64,000 nt of DNA from Nemertoderma westbladi (Eukaryota; Animalia; Xenacoelomorpha), in assembly GCA_032718475.1 (NCBI GenBank), contig JAUCBJ010009114.1:54352-118351 (forward strand), written 5' to 3'. A model generated the notes under the pieces. The model saw nothing but the letters and a program-made list of their open reading frames with translations, was not told the DNA's origin and searched no databases. Of the stretch, positions 45,593-55,579 are shown in pieces. Made by a program: the position numbers and the translations under genes. Positions within the stretch are counted from its first letter, which is position 1. The number at the start of each line of letters is the position of its first letter.

Positions 45593-45979
45593 GTCGCTGT
45601 TTATCGGTTAAATTGAAATTCCAAATTAATTTATTGTCTTTTTATTACAAAAATGATGTAAACATATGTTTTATGAACTACTAGACTTAGTTATTTCCTG
45701 GTTCCCAAAACCCAAAGTTCAGGCTAATGTGGAGGCTTAACTGGTCGGTAAATGGTAACAAAACCTCTCTCTTTGGCAAGAGAGAGAGGAAGCGTTTACT
45801 GTGGAAGATCAGCAATGATGATGATTTCTCGGACTCAATAAACCTAAAAGATTCCACCATATTCTATAATTGTGATATCAATCATGTATCGGTATTGGTG
45901 TTGGGGAAGGGGATGGTGGTGGTTTGTGTACAAGAATGAGTATGCAAATTAAACGATGAGAGACGCAGAAGAAATTGAA

Positions 45980-46640
45980 ACAAATACGATGGTTTCCATC
46001 CCCAAGAAGGGCAACCTAACACTCTATGGTTCTTTTCGGGGAATCTCATTAATCTCGATTGCTGCGCAGCTATACAATAGAATTCTATTAAATCGTATCA
46101 GGGATCCCATTGAGAGACTGCTCCGTGGAAATCAGAATGGGTTCCGTAAAGGTCGTGGGACCATGGAGCCCATTTTGGCACTTAGAAGGATAATTGAAGA
46201 GTTATCAACAAAGAAAGAGAGACAACTGGTTATATTATCTTCGTTGACTTCTTTAAAACGTTCTACTCAGTTTCCCGAACACGTATGTTCAGCACACTGG
46301 CAGCATATGGGATTTCTGAGGAAATTATAGCACTATCAGATAACTGTTTTATGGGGAGTCCTTCAGGGTGACACACTTGCACAACGATTGTTCATAATTG
46401 TGGTTGATTATGTTCTTAGATATCCTTAGATCATCTAACTAAAATGTTGGGATGGTAACACCCACGACTGGCACTAGAAGTAGAGGAAATCCAACAAAGT
46501 ACCTAACTGATCTAGACTTTGCTGATGACTTAGGGGTACTGACAGAATAACTAGATGGAGGCCAAAGGTTCCTCTGCTCATTGGAGCAGGTTGCTTCTAG
46601 TGTTGGTCTTTTTGTAAATTCCAAGAAGACCAAAATCATG
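45980..46640 (+). mobile_element. Decayed non-LTR retrotransposon (RTE-like) reverse-transcriptase fragment
   Basis: IPKKGNL..FRGISLISIAAQLYNRILLNRI..QNGFRKGRGT, then in shifted frames FVDF (~46240), GVLQGDTLA..LFIIVVDYVLR (~46355-46420), YLTDLDFADDL (~46500-46532) and GLFVNSKKTKIM. Frameshifts, deletions and stops present. Confidence 0.9.
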
Positions 46641-47051
46641 ATACGTTTGTAACGCATACGATTGTAACGCAATCCAAAGTCGTTCTTCTCCAGAAGAAAA
46701 TCGACACAAATAACAGCTGATTACTCCCAAAAATAAAACTGTAACCTGTTCTATTGACTTTCGTTTGTTGTTTTGGATAGAATAACCTACTACTGTAACC
46801 TGATCATTTCCCTTAATTGAATTGATAGCTTAACATTGAGATCGCTAAGTCACCATTGAAACATCGCCGAGATGGGATTTGCATAGAAGGTCACTTTCGG
46901 TCCTACATGGGCTCTGAACTTAGTCCGACGGTAAGAGAAAAGGCCAATGGAAATTATAGAGACACTGTTCAGTGTTCACACAGAAGAACAAATTCCTAAT
47001 TTTGAGCCTAATCAGATGCCATAGTCACCAACCGGGTGACAACAATCTAAC

Positions 47052-47205
47052 CTGTCTCTGGATCTCCTCCTCTTTAAGTTTCTCTTTCCAATCATTATGC
47101 TTTATATCGATATCACGTCTTTGTTTCATCACCTTCTCCTCCAGTGCTGCCTTGTACTGAACTCTTATGTGAGTCTTCAGTCGCTCCAAATCCTTCATCG
47201 CTCGT
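47052..47205 (-). CDS. Predicted internal coding exon of an unidentified gene; charged coiled-coil-like peptide RAMKDLERLKTHIRVQYKAALEEKVMKQRRDIDIKHNDWKEKLKEEEIQRQ
   Basis: Minus strand: acceptor CGCAG| (AG at 47207-47206), 154 nt = 1 nt + 51 open codons, donor CAG|GTTAGA. Phase matches the exon at 50858-50945 (AG+A = Arg). Confidence 0.75.
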
Positions 47206-47421
47206 CTGCGTTCAGTAATATATGTGAAATATATTTAAAAACGAGTAAAGATTTATAATATAAATAATCCGGGATAATCTGAAATATAATCCGGGGTGGA
47301 GATTTATTTATGAACTGAAATTATGAACACTGCACTGGTCGGAGCCCCGGTGAATTCTTTCAAAAAATTTAAATCACAGTCGTCAAGGTAATATTCTAAG
47401 TTGCTTATTTGATATCGAGTA

Positions 47422-50400
47422 GAGTAGACCTACCTGTGTTTAGCATCAACCTCGTGTCGACCAACCTGTGTTTAGCATCAACTTCGAGTAGACCTACCTG
47501 TGTTTAGCATCAACCTCGAGTAGACCTACCTGTGTTTAGCATCAACCTCGTGTCGACCCACCTGTGTTTAGCATCAACCTCGAGTAGACCTACCTGTGTT
47601 TAGCATCAACCTCGAGTAGACCTACCTGTGTTTAGCATCAACGTCGAGTAGACCTACCTGTGTTTAGCATCAACCTCGTGTCGACCCACCTGTGTTTAGC
47701 ATCAACCTCGAGTAGACCTACCTGTGTTTAGCATCAACCTCCAGAAGACCTACCTGTGTTTAGCATCAACCTCGAGTAGACCAACCTGTGTTTAGCATCA
47801 ACCTCGAGTAGACCAACCTGTGTTTAGCATCAACCTCGAGTAGACCAACCTGTGTTTAGCATCAACTTCGAGTAGACCTACCTGTGTTTAGCATCAACCT
47901 CGAGTAGACCAACCTATGTTTAGCATCAACCTCGTGTCGACCCACCTGTGTTTAGCATCAACCTCGAGTAGACCTACCTGTGTTTAGCATCAGCCTCGAG
48001 TAGACCAACCTGTGTTTAGCATCAACCTCGAGTAGACCAACCTGTGTTTAGCATCAACTTCGAGTAGACCTACCTGTGTTTAGCATCAACCTCGAGTAGA
48101 CCAACCTATGTTTAGCATCAACCTCGTGTCGACCCACCTGTGTTTAGCATCAACCTCGAGTAGACCTACCTGTGTTTAGCATCAACCTCGAGTAGACCTA
48201 CCTGTGTTTAGCATCAACCTCGAGTAGACCTACCTGTGTTTAGCATCAACCTCGTGTCGACCCACCTGTGTTTAGCATCAACCTCGAGTAGACCTACCTG
48301 TGTTTAGCATCAACCTCCAGAAGACCTACCTGTGTTTAGCATCAACCTCGAGTAGACCAACCTGTGTTTAGCATCATCCTCGAGTAGACCTACCTGTGTT
48401 TAGCATCAACCTCGAGTAGACCAACCTGTGTTTAGCATCAACCTCGAGTAGACCTACCTGTGTTTAGCATCAACCTCGAGTAGACATACCTGTGTTTAGC
48501 ATCAACCTCGAGTAGACATACCTGTGTTTAGCATCAACCTCGAGTAGACCAACCTGTGTTTAGCATCAACCTCGAGTAGACCTACCTGTGTTTAGCATCA
48601 ACCTCGAGTAGACATACCTGTGTTTAGCATCAACCTCGAGTAGACCAACCTGTGTTTAGCATCAACCTCGAGTAGACCTACCTGTGTTTAGCATCAACCT
48701 CGAGTAGACATACCTGTGTTTAGCATCAACCTCGAGTAGACATACCTGTGTTTAGCATCAACCTCGAGTAGACCAACCTGTGTTTAGCATCAACCTCGAG
48801 TAGACCTACCTGTGTTTAGCATCAACCTCGAGTAGACCTACCTGAGTTTAGCATCAACCTCGAGTAGACCTACCTGTGTTTAGCATCAACCTCGAGTAGA
48901 CCTACCTGTGTTTAGCATCAACCTCGAGTAGACCTAGCTGTGTTTAGCATCAACCTCGAGTAGACCTACCTTTGTTTAGCATCAACCTCGAGTAAACCTA
49001 CCTGTGTTTAGCATCAACCTCGTGTCGACCCACCTGTGTTTAGCATCAACCTCGAGTAGACCTACCTGTGTTTAGCATCAACCTCGAGTAGACCTACCTG
49101 TGTTTAGCATCAACCTCGAGTAGACCTACCTGTGTTTAGCATCAACCTCGAGTAAACCTACCTGTGTTTAGCATCAACCTAGTGTCGACCTACCTGTGTT
49201 TAGCATCAACCTCGAGTAGACCTACCTGTGTTTAGCATCAACCTCGAGTAGACCTACCTGTGTTTAGCATCAACCTCGAGTAGACCTACCTGTGTTTAGC
49301 ATCAACCTCGAGTAGACCTACCTGTGTTTAGCATCAACCTCGAGTAGACCAACCTGTGTTTAGCATCAACTTCGAGTATACCTACCTGTGTTTAGCATCA
49401 ACCTCGAGTAGACCTACCTGTGTTTAGCATCAACCTCGAGTAGACCTACCTGTGTTTAGCATCAACCTCGAGTAGACCTACCTGTGTTTAGCATCAACCT
49501 CGAGTAGACCTACCTGAGTTTAGCATCAACCTCGAGTAGACCTACCTGTGTTTAGCATCAACCTCGAGTAGACCTACCTGTGTTTAGCATCAACCTCGAG
49601 TAGACCTACCTGTGTTTAGCATCAACCTCGAGTAAACCTACCTGTGTTTAGCATCAACCTCGTGTCGACCTACCTGTGTTTAGCATCAACCTCGAGTAAA
49701 CCTACCTGTGTTTAGCATCAACCTCGTGTCGACCTACCTGTGTTTAGCATCAACCTCGATTAGACATACCTGTGTTTAGCATCAACCTCGAGTAGACCTA
49801 CCTGTGTTTAGCATCAACCTCGAGTAGACCTACCTGTGTTTAGCATCAACCTCGAGTAGACCAACCTGTGTTTAGCATCAACCTCGAGTAGACCTACCTG
49901 TGTTTAGCATCAACCTCGAGTAGACCAACCTGTGTTTAGCATCAACCTCGAGTAGACCTACCTGTGTTTAGCATCAACCTCGAGTAGACCAACCTGTGTT
50001 TAGCATCAACCTCGAGTAAACCTACCTGTGTTTAGCATCAACCTCGTGTCGACCCACCTGTGTTTAGCATCAACCTCGAGTAGACCTACCTGTGTTTAGC
50101 ATCAACCTCGAGTAAACCTACCTGTGTTTAGCATCAACCTCGATTAGACATACCTGTGTTTAGCATCAACCTCGAGTAGACCAACCTGTGTTTAGCATCA
50201 ACCTCGAGTAGACCTACCTGTGTTTAGCATCAACCTCGAGTAGACCAACCTGTGTTTAGCATCAACCTCGAGTAGACCTACCTGTGTTTAGCATCAACCT
50301 CGAGTAGACCCACATGTGTTTAGCATCAACTTCGAGTATACCTACCTGTGTTTAGCATCAACCTCGAGTAGACATACCTGTGTTTAGCATCAACCTCGAG

Positions 50401-50880
50401 TAGACCAACCTGTGTTTAGCATCAACCTCGAGTAGACCTACCTGTGTTTAGCATCAACCTCGAGTAGACCTACCTGTGTTTAGCATCAACCTCGAGTAGA
50501 CCTACCTGTGTTTAGCATCAACCTCGAGTAGACCTACCTGTGTTTAGCATCAACCTCGAGTAGACCTACCTGTGTTTAGCATCAACCTCGAGTAGACCTA
50601 TCTGTGTTTAGCATCAGCCCCGAGTAGACCTACCTGTGTTTAGCATCAACCTCGAGTAGACTTACCTGTGTTTAGCATCAACCTCGAGTAGACCTACCTG
50701 TGTTTAGCATCAACCTCGAGTAGACCTATCTGTGTTTAGCATCAACAACGAGTAGACCTACCTGTGTTTAGCATCAACATCGAGTAGACCTACCTGTGTT
50801 TAGCATCAACCTCGAGTAGACCTACCTGTGTTTAGCATCAACCTCGAGTAGACCTACCTGTGTTTAGCATCGACTTCGAG
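47422..50880. repeat. 32-bp minisatellite, consensus CTCGAGTAGACCTACCTGTGTTTAGCATCAAC, about 108 copies
   Basis: Period of 32 read directly (CGAG at 47581 and 47613). Recurring variant units such as GTGTCGACCCAC, CCAGAAGACC, GACCAAC and GACATAC. Confidence 0.98.
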
Positions 50881-50945
50881 CTGTCTAAAGTAGTCGTGAC
50901 TCTGCGTATCTCTGACACGGGGTTTCTTCTTCCTTGTCGGAGGAG
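50858..50945 (-). CDS. Predicted internal coding exon, PPTRKKKPRVRDTQSHDYFRQLEVDAKH
   Basis: Acceptor GTGTTTCAG|, 88 nt = 2 nt + 28 codons + 2 nt, donor CAG|GTAGGT. Phase-compatible with the exons on both sides. Confidence 0.75.
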
Positions 50946-51160
50946 CTGAAACACTAATCGATCTCTACAACAACAAATATTAATCTTTAATTTATTTTAT
51001 TAGAATATTAATTTAATAATAAATAAATAAGTTTCTAGAACTCCATGATTGTGTTTGTTTTTCCTACGATTTTTTCTACACACATCTAAAGGTTTCATAG
51101 AAAAAAATAATATATTAAAAATGAAAAAGTCCAAGTTCCTTAAAAAATTTTATTCTCTAA

Positions 51161-52031
51161 AACTTTTTCGCTTGAATATACCCCAAAATTTGGAGAAAAG
51201 GGAGTACTTTTTACCCTAGAGAAAAGTAATCCTTAGGAATATTGCATTGATTTTACTTTTTCCCGACGAAAAAGCGAGGTTAATAATAATAATAATTATT
51301 ATTATATTTAACCCATACCAGAGGTACATATTGAAATACAGTAAAATATACACTGTTAGCACAATTAGACAACGGAGACAATAGTAATCCTACTTACACT
51401 TACATCGAATTTATTAATTACAGTATTATGAAAGTTAGTAATAAAGGGTCGAGATAATAATGAAAAAAAATGTTCTACTTTTTTCCCATGTAATACGTAA
51501 TTTTATTATTAAATTGGTACTTTATTGTTACTCAATTCTTTAATAAAAGATAAAGCGATATATTACAGTACAGTAGTGTTACAAAATAAATTGAACTATA
51601 GTACTTTACTATATTGCTTCCATAGATTCTGCGATTCAAATTATTGAACTCTTCAACTCCTGCTGTCTTACTCAATGTTAAATAATTTAGTGTTCTCGGA
51701 TATTTATATAAGTAGAGAGCCGCTTAAAAACAAAATCCAATATTGGATATTGAGTTCCGTTTTGGAGTTCGCCTTGCAGACACTAAAGTTGCAATAACTT
51801 TTGAGTGTGTGAATAGATTTTACTCAAATTACGTGCAAAGTTTTTCTACTTCGATGCTCTTTCAACACATGTAAATAAAATTTAAGAAATTACACCAGAC
51901 ATATTCTATATTTTATTTTTTTCGCTGGGAAAAAAGTAAAATCAATGCAATCTTATGGTTTTGTTTTTTTCCCTAGGGGAAAAAGTGAACCCTTTCTCCT
52001 GATTTTGGGGTATGTATTAGAGCGAAAAAGT
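51161..52031. repeat. Pair of diverged ~110-bp inverted repeats (51161-51274 and 51918-52031)
   Basis: ACTTTTTCGCT..TACCCCAAAAT..GGAGAAA..CCCTAG..ATTGCATTGATTTTACTTTTT..CGAAAA in the left arm is mirrored in reverse complement in the right arm. Confidence 0.85.
51672..51722 (-). CDS. Predicted 51-nt phase 1-1 coding exon, ALYLYKYPRTLNYLTL
   Basis: Acceptor TTTTGTTTTTAAG|, donor A|GTAAGA. The only open frame joins in phase to the next exon (A+CT = Thr). Confidence 0.55.
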
Positions 52032-52944
52032 AACAATTTAAAAATATATCATATAATAATATATATAAATATAGTAAATATATATTTTACAAAAATAAAG
52101 TAACATTTTTAGTCCGACTTTATAATCCGCATTTTCGAGGAATAGTTAAAGCATATTTTTTCAAAAATACTTTTACTGGGAATGTCACGATTCGGGTACC
52201 TACTAATTCAACAATACAAAATACAGTATATAGTATACAGGAGTGAGTGGTGTCCTAAAACCCTAATTATATCTGTTCTGCAACCAACTGTAACCGTTAT
52301 TATCGGCCCTTCTGGCCTTATGGCAATAATGTCGGAAATTCCGCTAAATTTCTTAGATTATGACTTAGGGTTAGGGTTTTTTTTTGCTTTTGATTGGTTG
52401 TCTGGTTTCTGCCTCCCTGCATATCAAGCTGACAGCTGACTCGGATAGCCCGGTTGAGGTGAGGGCGCTGAACAGGGAAAGGACTTCCACTTTCCCTCCA
52501 ATGCTAAAAAAACAGTTTTTGTCAAATGGGGAGGGGGGGGGGGGTCAATTAGACTTATTTTACATCAAATATAACGATTCCCGGATTTTCCTCTCGACGG
52601 CCCTGAACGTGACTGTACCGGTACCCAAACCCTTGCTTGCTTGAACGCATCCATTCCAACGATCGTAGTCACCATCACACACAGTGAACCCTACGATCAA
52701 CGATTATCGGTAGCGATTCCGGATCCAACGCAGTGCGGAATGGAATGGCCGATGTCGCGATGTCCCGTCAGATACACCAAAACTCGGGTTCGCTGCAACA
52801 ATCGCAACACGCGTGAATTCCGAGAAAATTGCAGAACGTGATCTGGTAAAATTGTATCTTAGCCTAAAGCATTAGGAGCATACGTCGCAGAGAATAGGGT
52901 AGGCCTACTGCTACTACGTAGTTCCAATATTATGAAATACTTAC

Positions 52945-53069
52945 ATGTTGGGATCGGTTTTCTTCCATAGTTCGAATCGTTCAGTTGAAATATCAGCAGC
53001 GTCGCGCAAGTTAGTTTGTAGATCGGTATAGTAGATTGGCGATGATTGTGTGCTATCACCAGCAGGCAT
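52945..53069 (-). CDS. Candidate first coding exon, MPAGDSTQSSPIYYTDLQTNLRDAADISTERFELWKKTDPN
   Basis: ATG at 53069, 41 open codons + 2 nt, perfect donor |GTAAGT. It ends in phase 2, so it cannot join directly to the 51722 exon; a linking exon was not confidently found. Confidence 0.4.
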
Positions 53070-53720
53070 AATATTGTAAAACAGCTAGGGCTACGTTTGA
53101 ATATGGTTCTTTATAAGAAATTTGAAGGACAAAGTATAAAAAAAAAATAACAGTTAGAGTACCGGTAGCGGTTGGCCTATATGCTCCACTGGCAGAATGA
53201 ATAACTTGGAAAACATGAATATTGTTGTTTAGGCAGTAGTCATGGGTACAGCCAATCATAGGCAAGAAAAACCTTAATCCATACTTTGCTTTAGCTGAAT
53301 ACAATAAAATCACAATTGTAATTAAATTACAGAATTACATCTTGAAATTTATTTTTTTATTTTTTCCAGTATCAAAGTTTATTTATTAGTGTGTACTATT
53401 CTCCCACGAAAAGATATAAAATACTTAATAAAGTAAGCCTATCTCCTGTAATATAATTATTTATTTCCTGTAATGATTATTTATCTTTTGTTAAATAATT
53501 AAAAAAATAATTCCAATATGCTCCAAATATTTTATCTAAAGAGCCTACCAGGTGTTTTTGGAATCGAGAACTGAATATTAATTTTCTCATAAATTATTAA
53601 CTTCATTGCATATTTTTATTTTTAAAGGGAATAACATTAAGATCAAGACATTTTTTTATTATATGCCCACAAATAATTATTGTAAGACATACATACTGTA
53701 TAAGTAATATTGTTATAATA

Positions 53721-54210
53721 CGTAAGGGAAAGGCATGGGCAGCCTTGAATAGGCTTTCCAGGATTTGGAAGTCACCGAGAATTAATCGGAAACTTAAGGT
53801 CCGATTATTTAGAGCAGCAGTAGTTCCAGTAAGACTCCTCTACGGGAGTCCATGCTGGGCTCTAACTGCTGAGGACACCAAATCTCTGGATGGCACATTC
53901 ACAAGAATGCTACGCCGGGTTCATTGTGTCAAGTACAATACACACATCTCCAACCAGACACTATATAACATTGGAGGTGTCTCATTGGTTCCCCCAAGCT
54001 TGACACTAGAACAAAATCGCCTCCGCTTTGCAGGACATTGCTTTCGCCGTGAGGACCAGCCAGTGCATAATCTTGTACTTTGGCAGCCTCATGGAGTGAA
54101 TAAGCATGGTGGACAGCCCCTGACTTTCTTGAGACGCATCTTAAAGGACACTGGCCTTGAAGATGCGGATAATCTAGCGAATGTCATGGTGGATAGGGAT
54201 GGTAGCGGTA
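53721..54210 (+). mobile_element. RTE-like LINE fragment, region C-terminal to the RT domain
   Basis: RKGKAWAALNRLSRIWKS..LKVRLFRAAV..LLYGSPCW..LDGTFTRMLRRV..RLRFAGHCFRR..LVLWQP, typical of the C-terminal part of RTE-like ORFs. Confidence 0.88.
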
Positions 54211-54483
54211 CAACTTTGTTGATAAGCCGGCATAGCAAAGCACGCTGCATTGGGCTTGCCAATTACTGTGAATTGCATGGTGGTGCCAAATATTTTTGTT
54301 AAGCCGGCATAGCATCTCAATGTGCAGCTGCAAGGTAGCAGGCTGAGGGGACTGACTGTGGATCTGCCAGTTGTACTGTCCTTCCAGCTGCATAACTGGG
54401 TGTGAATTAGTAAATGCACCAATAATGGTGGCCTTAGAGTTGATATCGTCTATCTCATTGGTTCACGACACTTTCTCCTTCCC

Positions 54484-54818
54484 TCTCCGGGTAGGAAGTT
54501 TTACGCTCTAACCATTCAGCTAGCGGCCCAGGTAAAAGATAGACCTGGAAATACTACCTGATACCTTGTATACTGTATACACAATTTACCCCCTCAAGGG
54601 CTCCCATCTGTCATTGCCATAGTATAATAATTTCATTGTAGGAGTGGTTAAAGACGGCCAAGTATGGTAGAGCTGAGCACATTAGCAGCATATGATGGTA
54701 TTGACAGATGGGAGGCCATGGACATTCAAGGTATCAGATAGTATTTTCAGGTCTATATTTTAGCTTTTACCTGAGCCGCTAGCTGAATGGTTAGAGCGCC
54801 AGACTTCCAACCCAGAGG
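54484..54818. repeat. ~335-bp imperfect palindrome (fold-back element) with tRNA-derived outer arms
   Basis: 54484-54568 pairs with ~54727-54818 (CGCTCTAACCATTCAGCTAGCGGC / GCCGCTAGCTGAATGGTTAGAGCG; TACTACCTGATACCTTG / CAAGGTATCAGATAGTA). Inner pair CTCCCATCTGTCATTGCCAT (~54601-54620) and ATGGTATTGACAGATGGGAG (~54695-54714). Confidence 0.85.
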
Positions 54819-54844
54819 TCACCTGTTCGATCCCACCTGGACGT
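54773..54844 (+). pseudogene. tRNA-like sequence (pseudo-tRNA or SINE head) with a Gly-TCC-like anticodon loop
   Basis: A-box TAGCTGAATGG, loop CTTCCAA and B-box-like GTTCGATCC at tRNA spacing. The anticodon, T and acceptor stems do not pair properly. Confidence 0.6.
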
Positions 54845-55579
54845 TATTGCTGATTTTGCAAAGCTGTGCCCAAGAAAAAGTTATAATAATATGAAATTAC
54901 TCATTAACCCAAAAGTTAAATAAATTACATAATAGAATGGAACGGCACATCAGGGCATTGTACAGCAAGGTAAGGTATGGCAATGGAACTGTAGATACAG
55001 CACAACATGACAATGGCAAGGCACTGTTTGGCATAAACCGTAGGGTTGTCAATGTATGTCGAGGAATCATGACATGACATGATATTGGTTTGGTGTAGCA
55101 CAGCATGAGAGAAAATTGCAGGTATCACCGGCATATTGCTGGTGTTGGATGTCAAATGCTGATATCGCATCAGCTTGTGCATCAGTTGCGTATCAGCTGG
55201 ACATGGCATTGAATGTATATCATATGCCATGGGATGTCACGACAAAGTACAGAATGAGATAGAAGTGACGAAAATGCGTAACATTGCATGCGTGGCCCTG
55301 GAAAGGTCAGAATGGATAACATTCGGATGCATAATCTGGCCCTGGCATAAGACGGCATGGCGGCACAGGATTTATATCAAGTTTTTAGCTCGACAAACAT
55401 GGAAAAATAGTGATATTTAATCACAATTTTCTTACTTGATTCAAAAACGCTTTGTTAAAATCAGTTTATGAAATCTCGTTAGTAGAAGTGAAAGTAGAAA
55501 TATCTTATCATTTATTGACCTTTTTGGCAACTTTTGTGTGTTTTCAACCAGTATATTCTTTAAATCACTGAATAATATT

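Noticed and set aside
47422-50880. CRISPR array
   Set aside because: The 32-bp units are contiguous with no unique spacers, there are no cas genes, and the context is eukaryotic.
52365-52376. Interstitial telomeric repeat (TTAGGG)2
   Set aside because: Only two units; likely chance.
52200-52850. Linking exons after acceptor-like sites at ~52843 and ~52504
   Set aside because: The phase-compatible frames reach stops before any strong donor.
54773-54844. Functional tRNA-Gly
   Set aside because: The stems do not base-pair; retained only as a tRNA-derived sequence.
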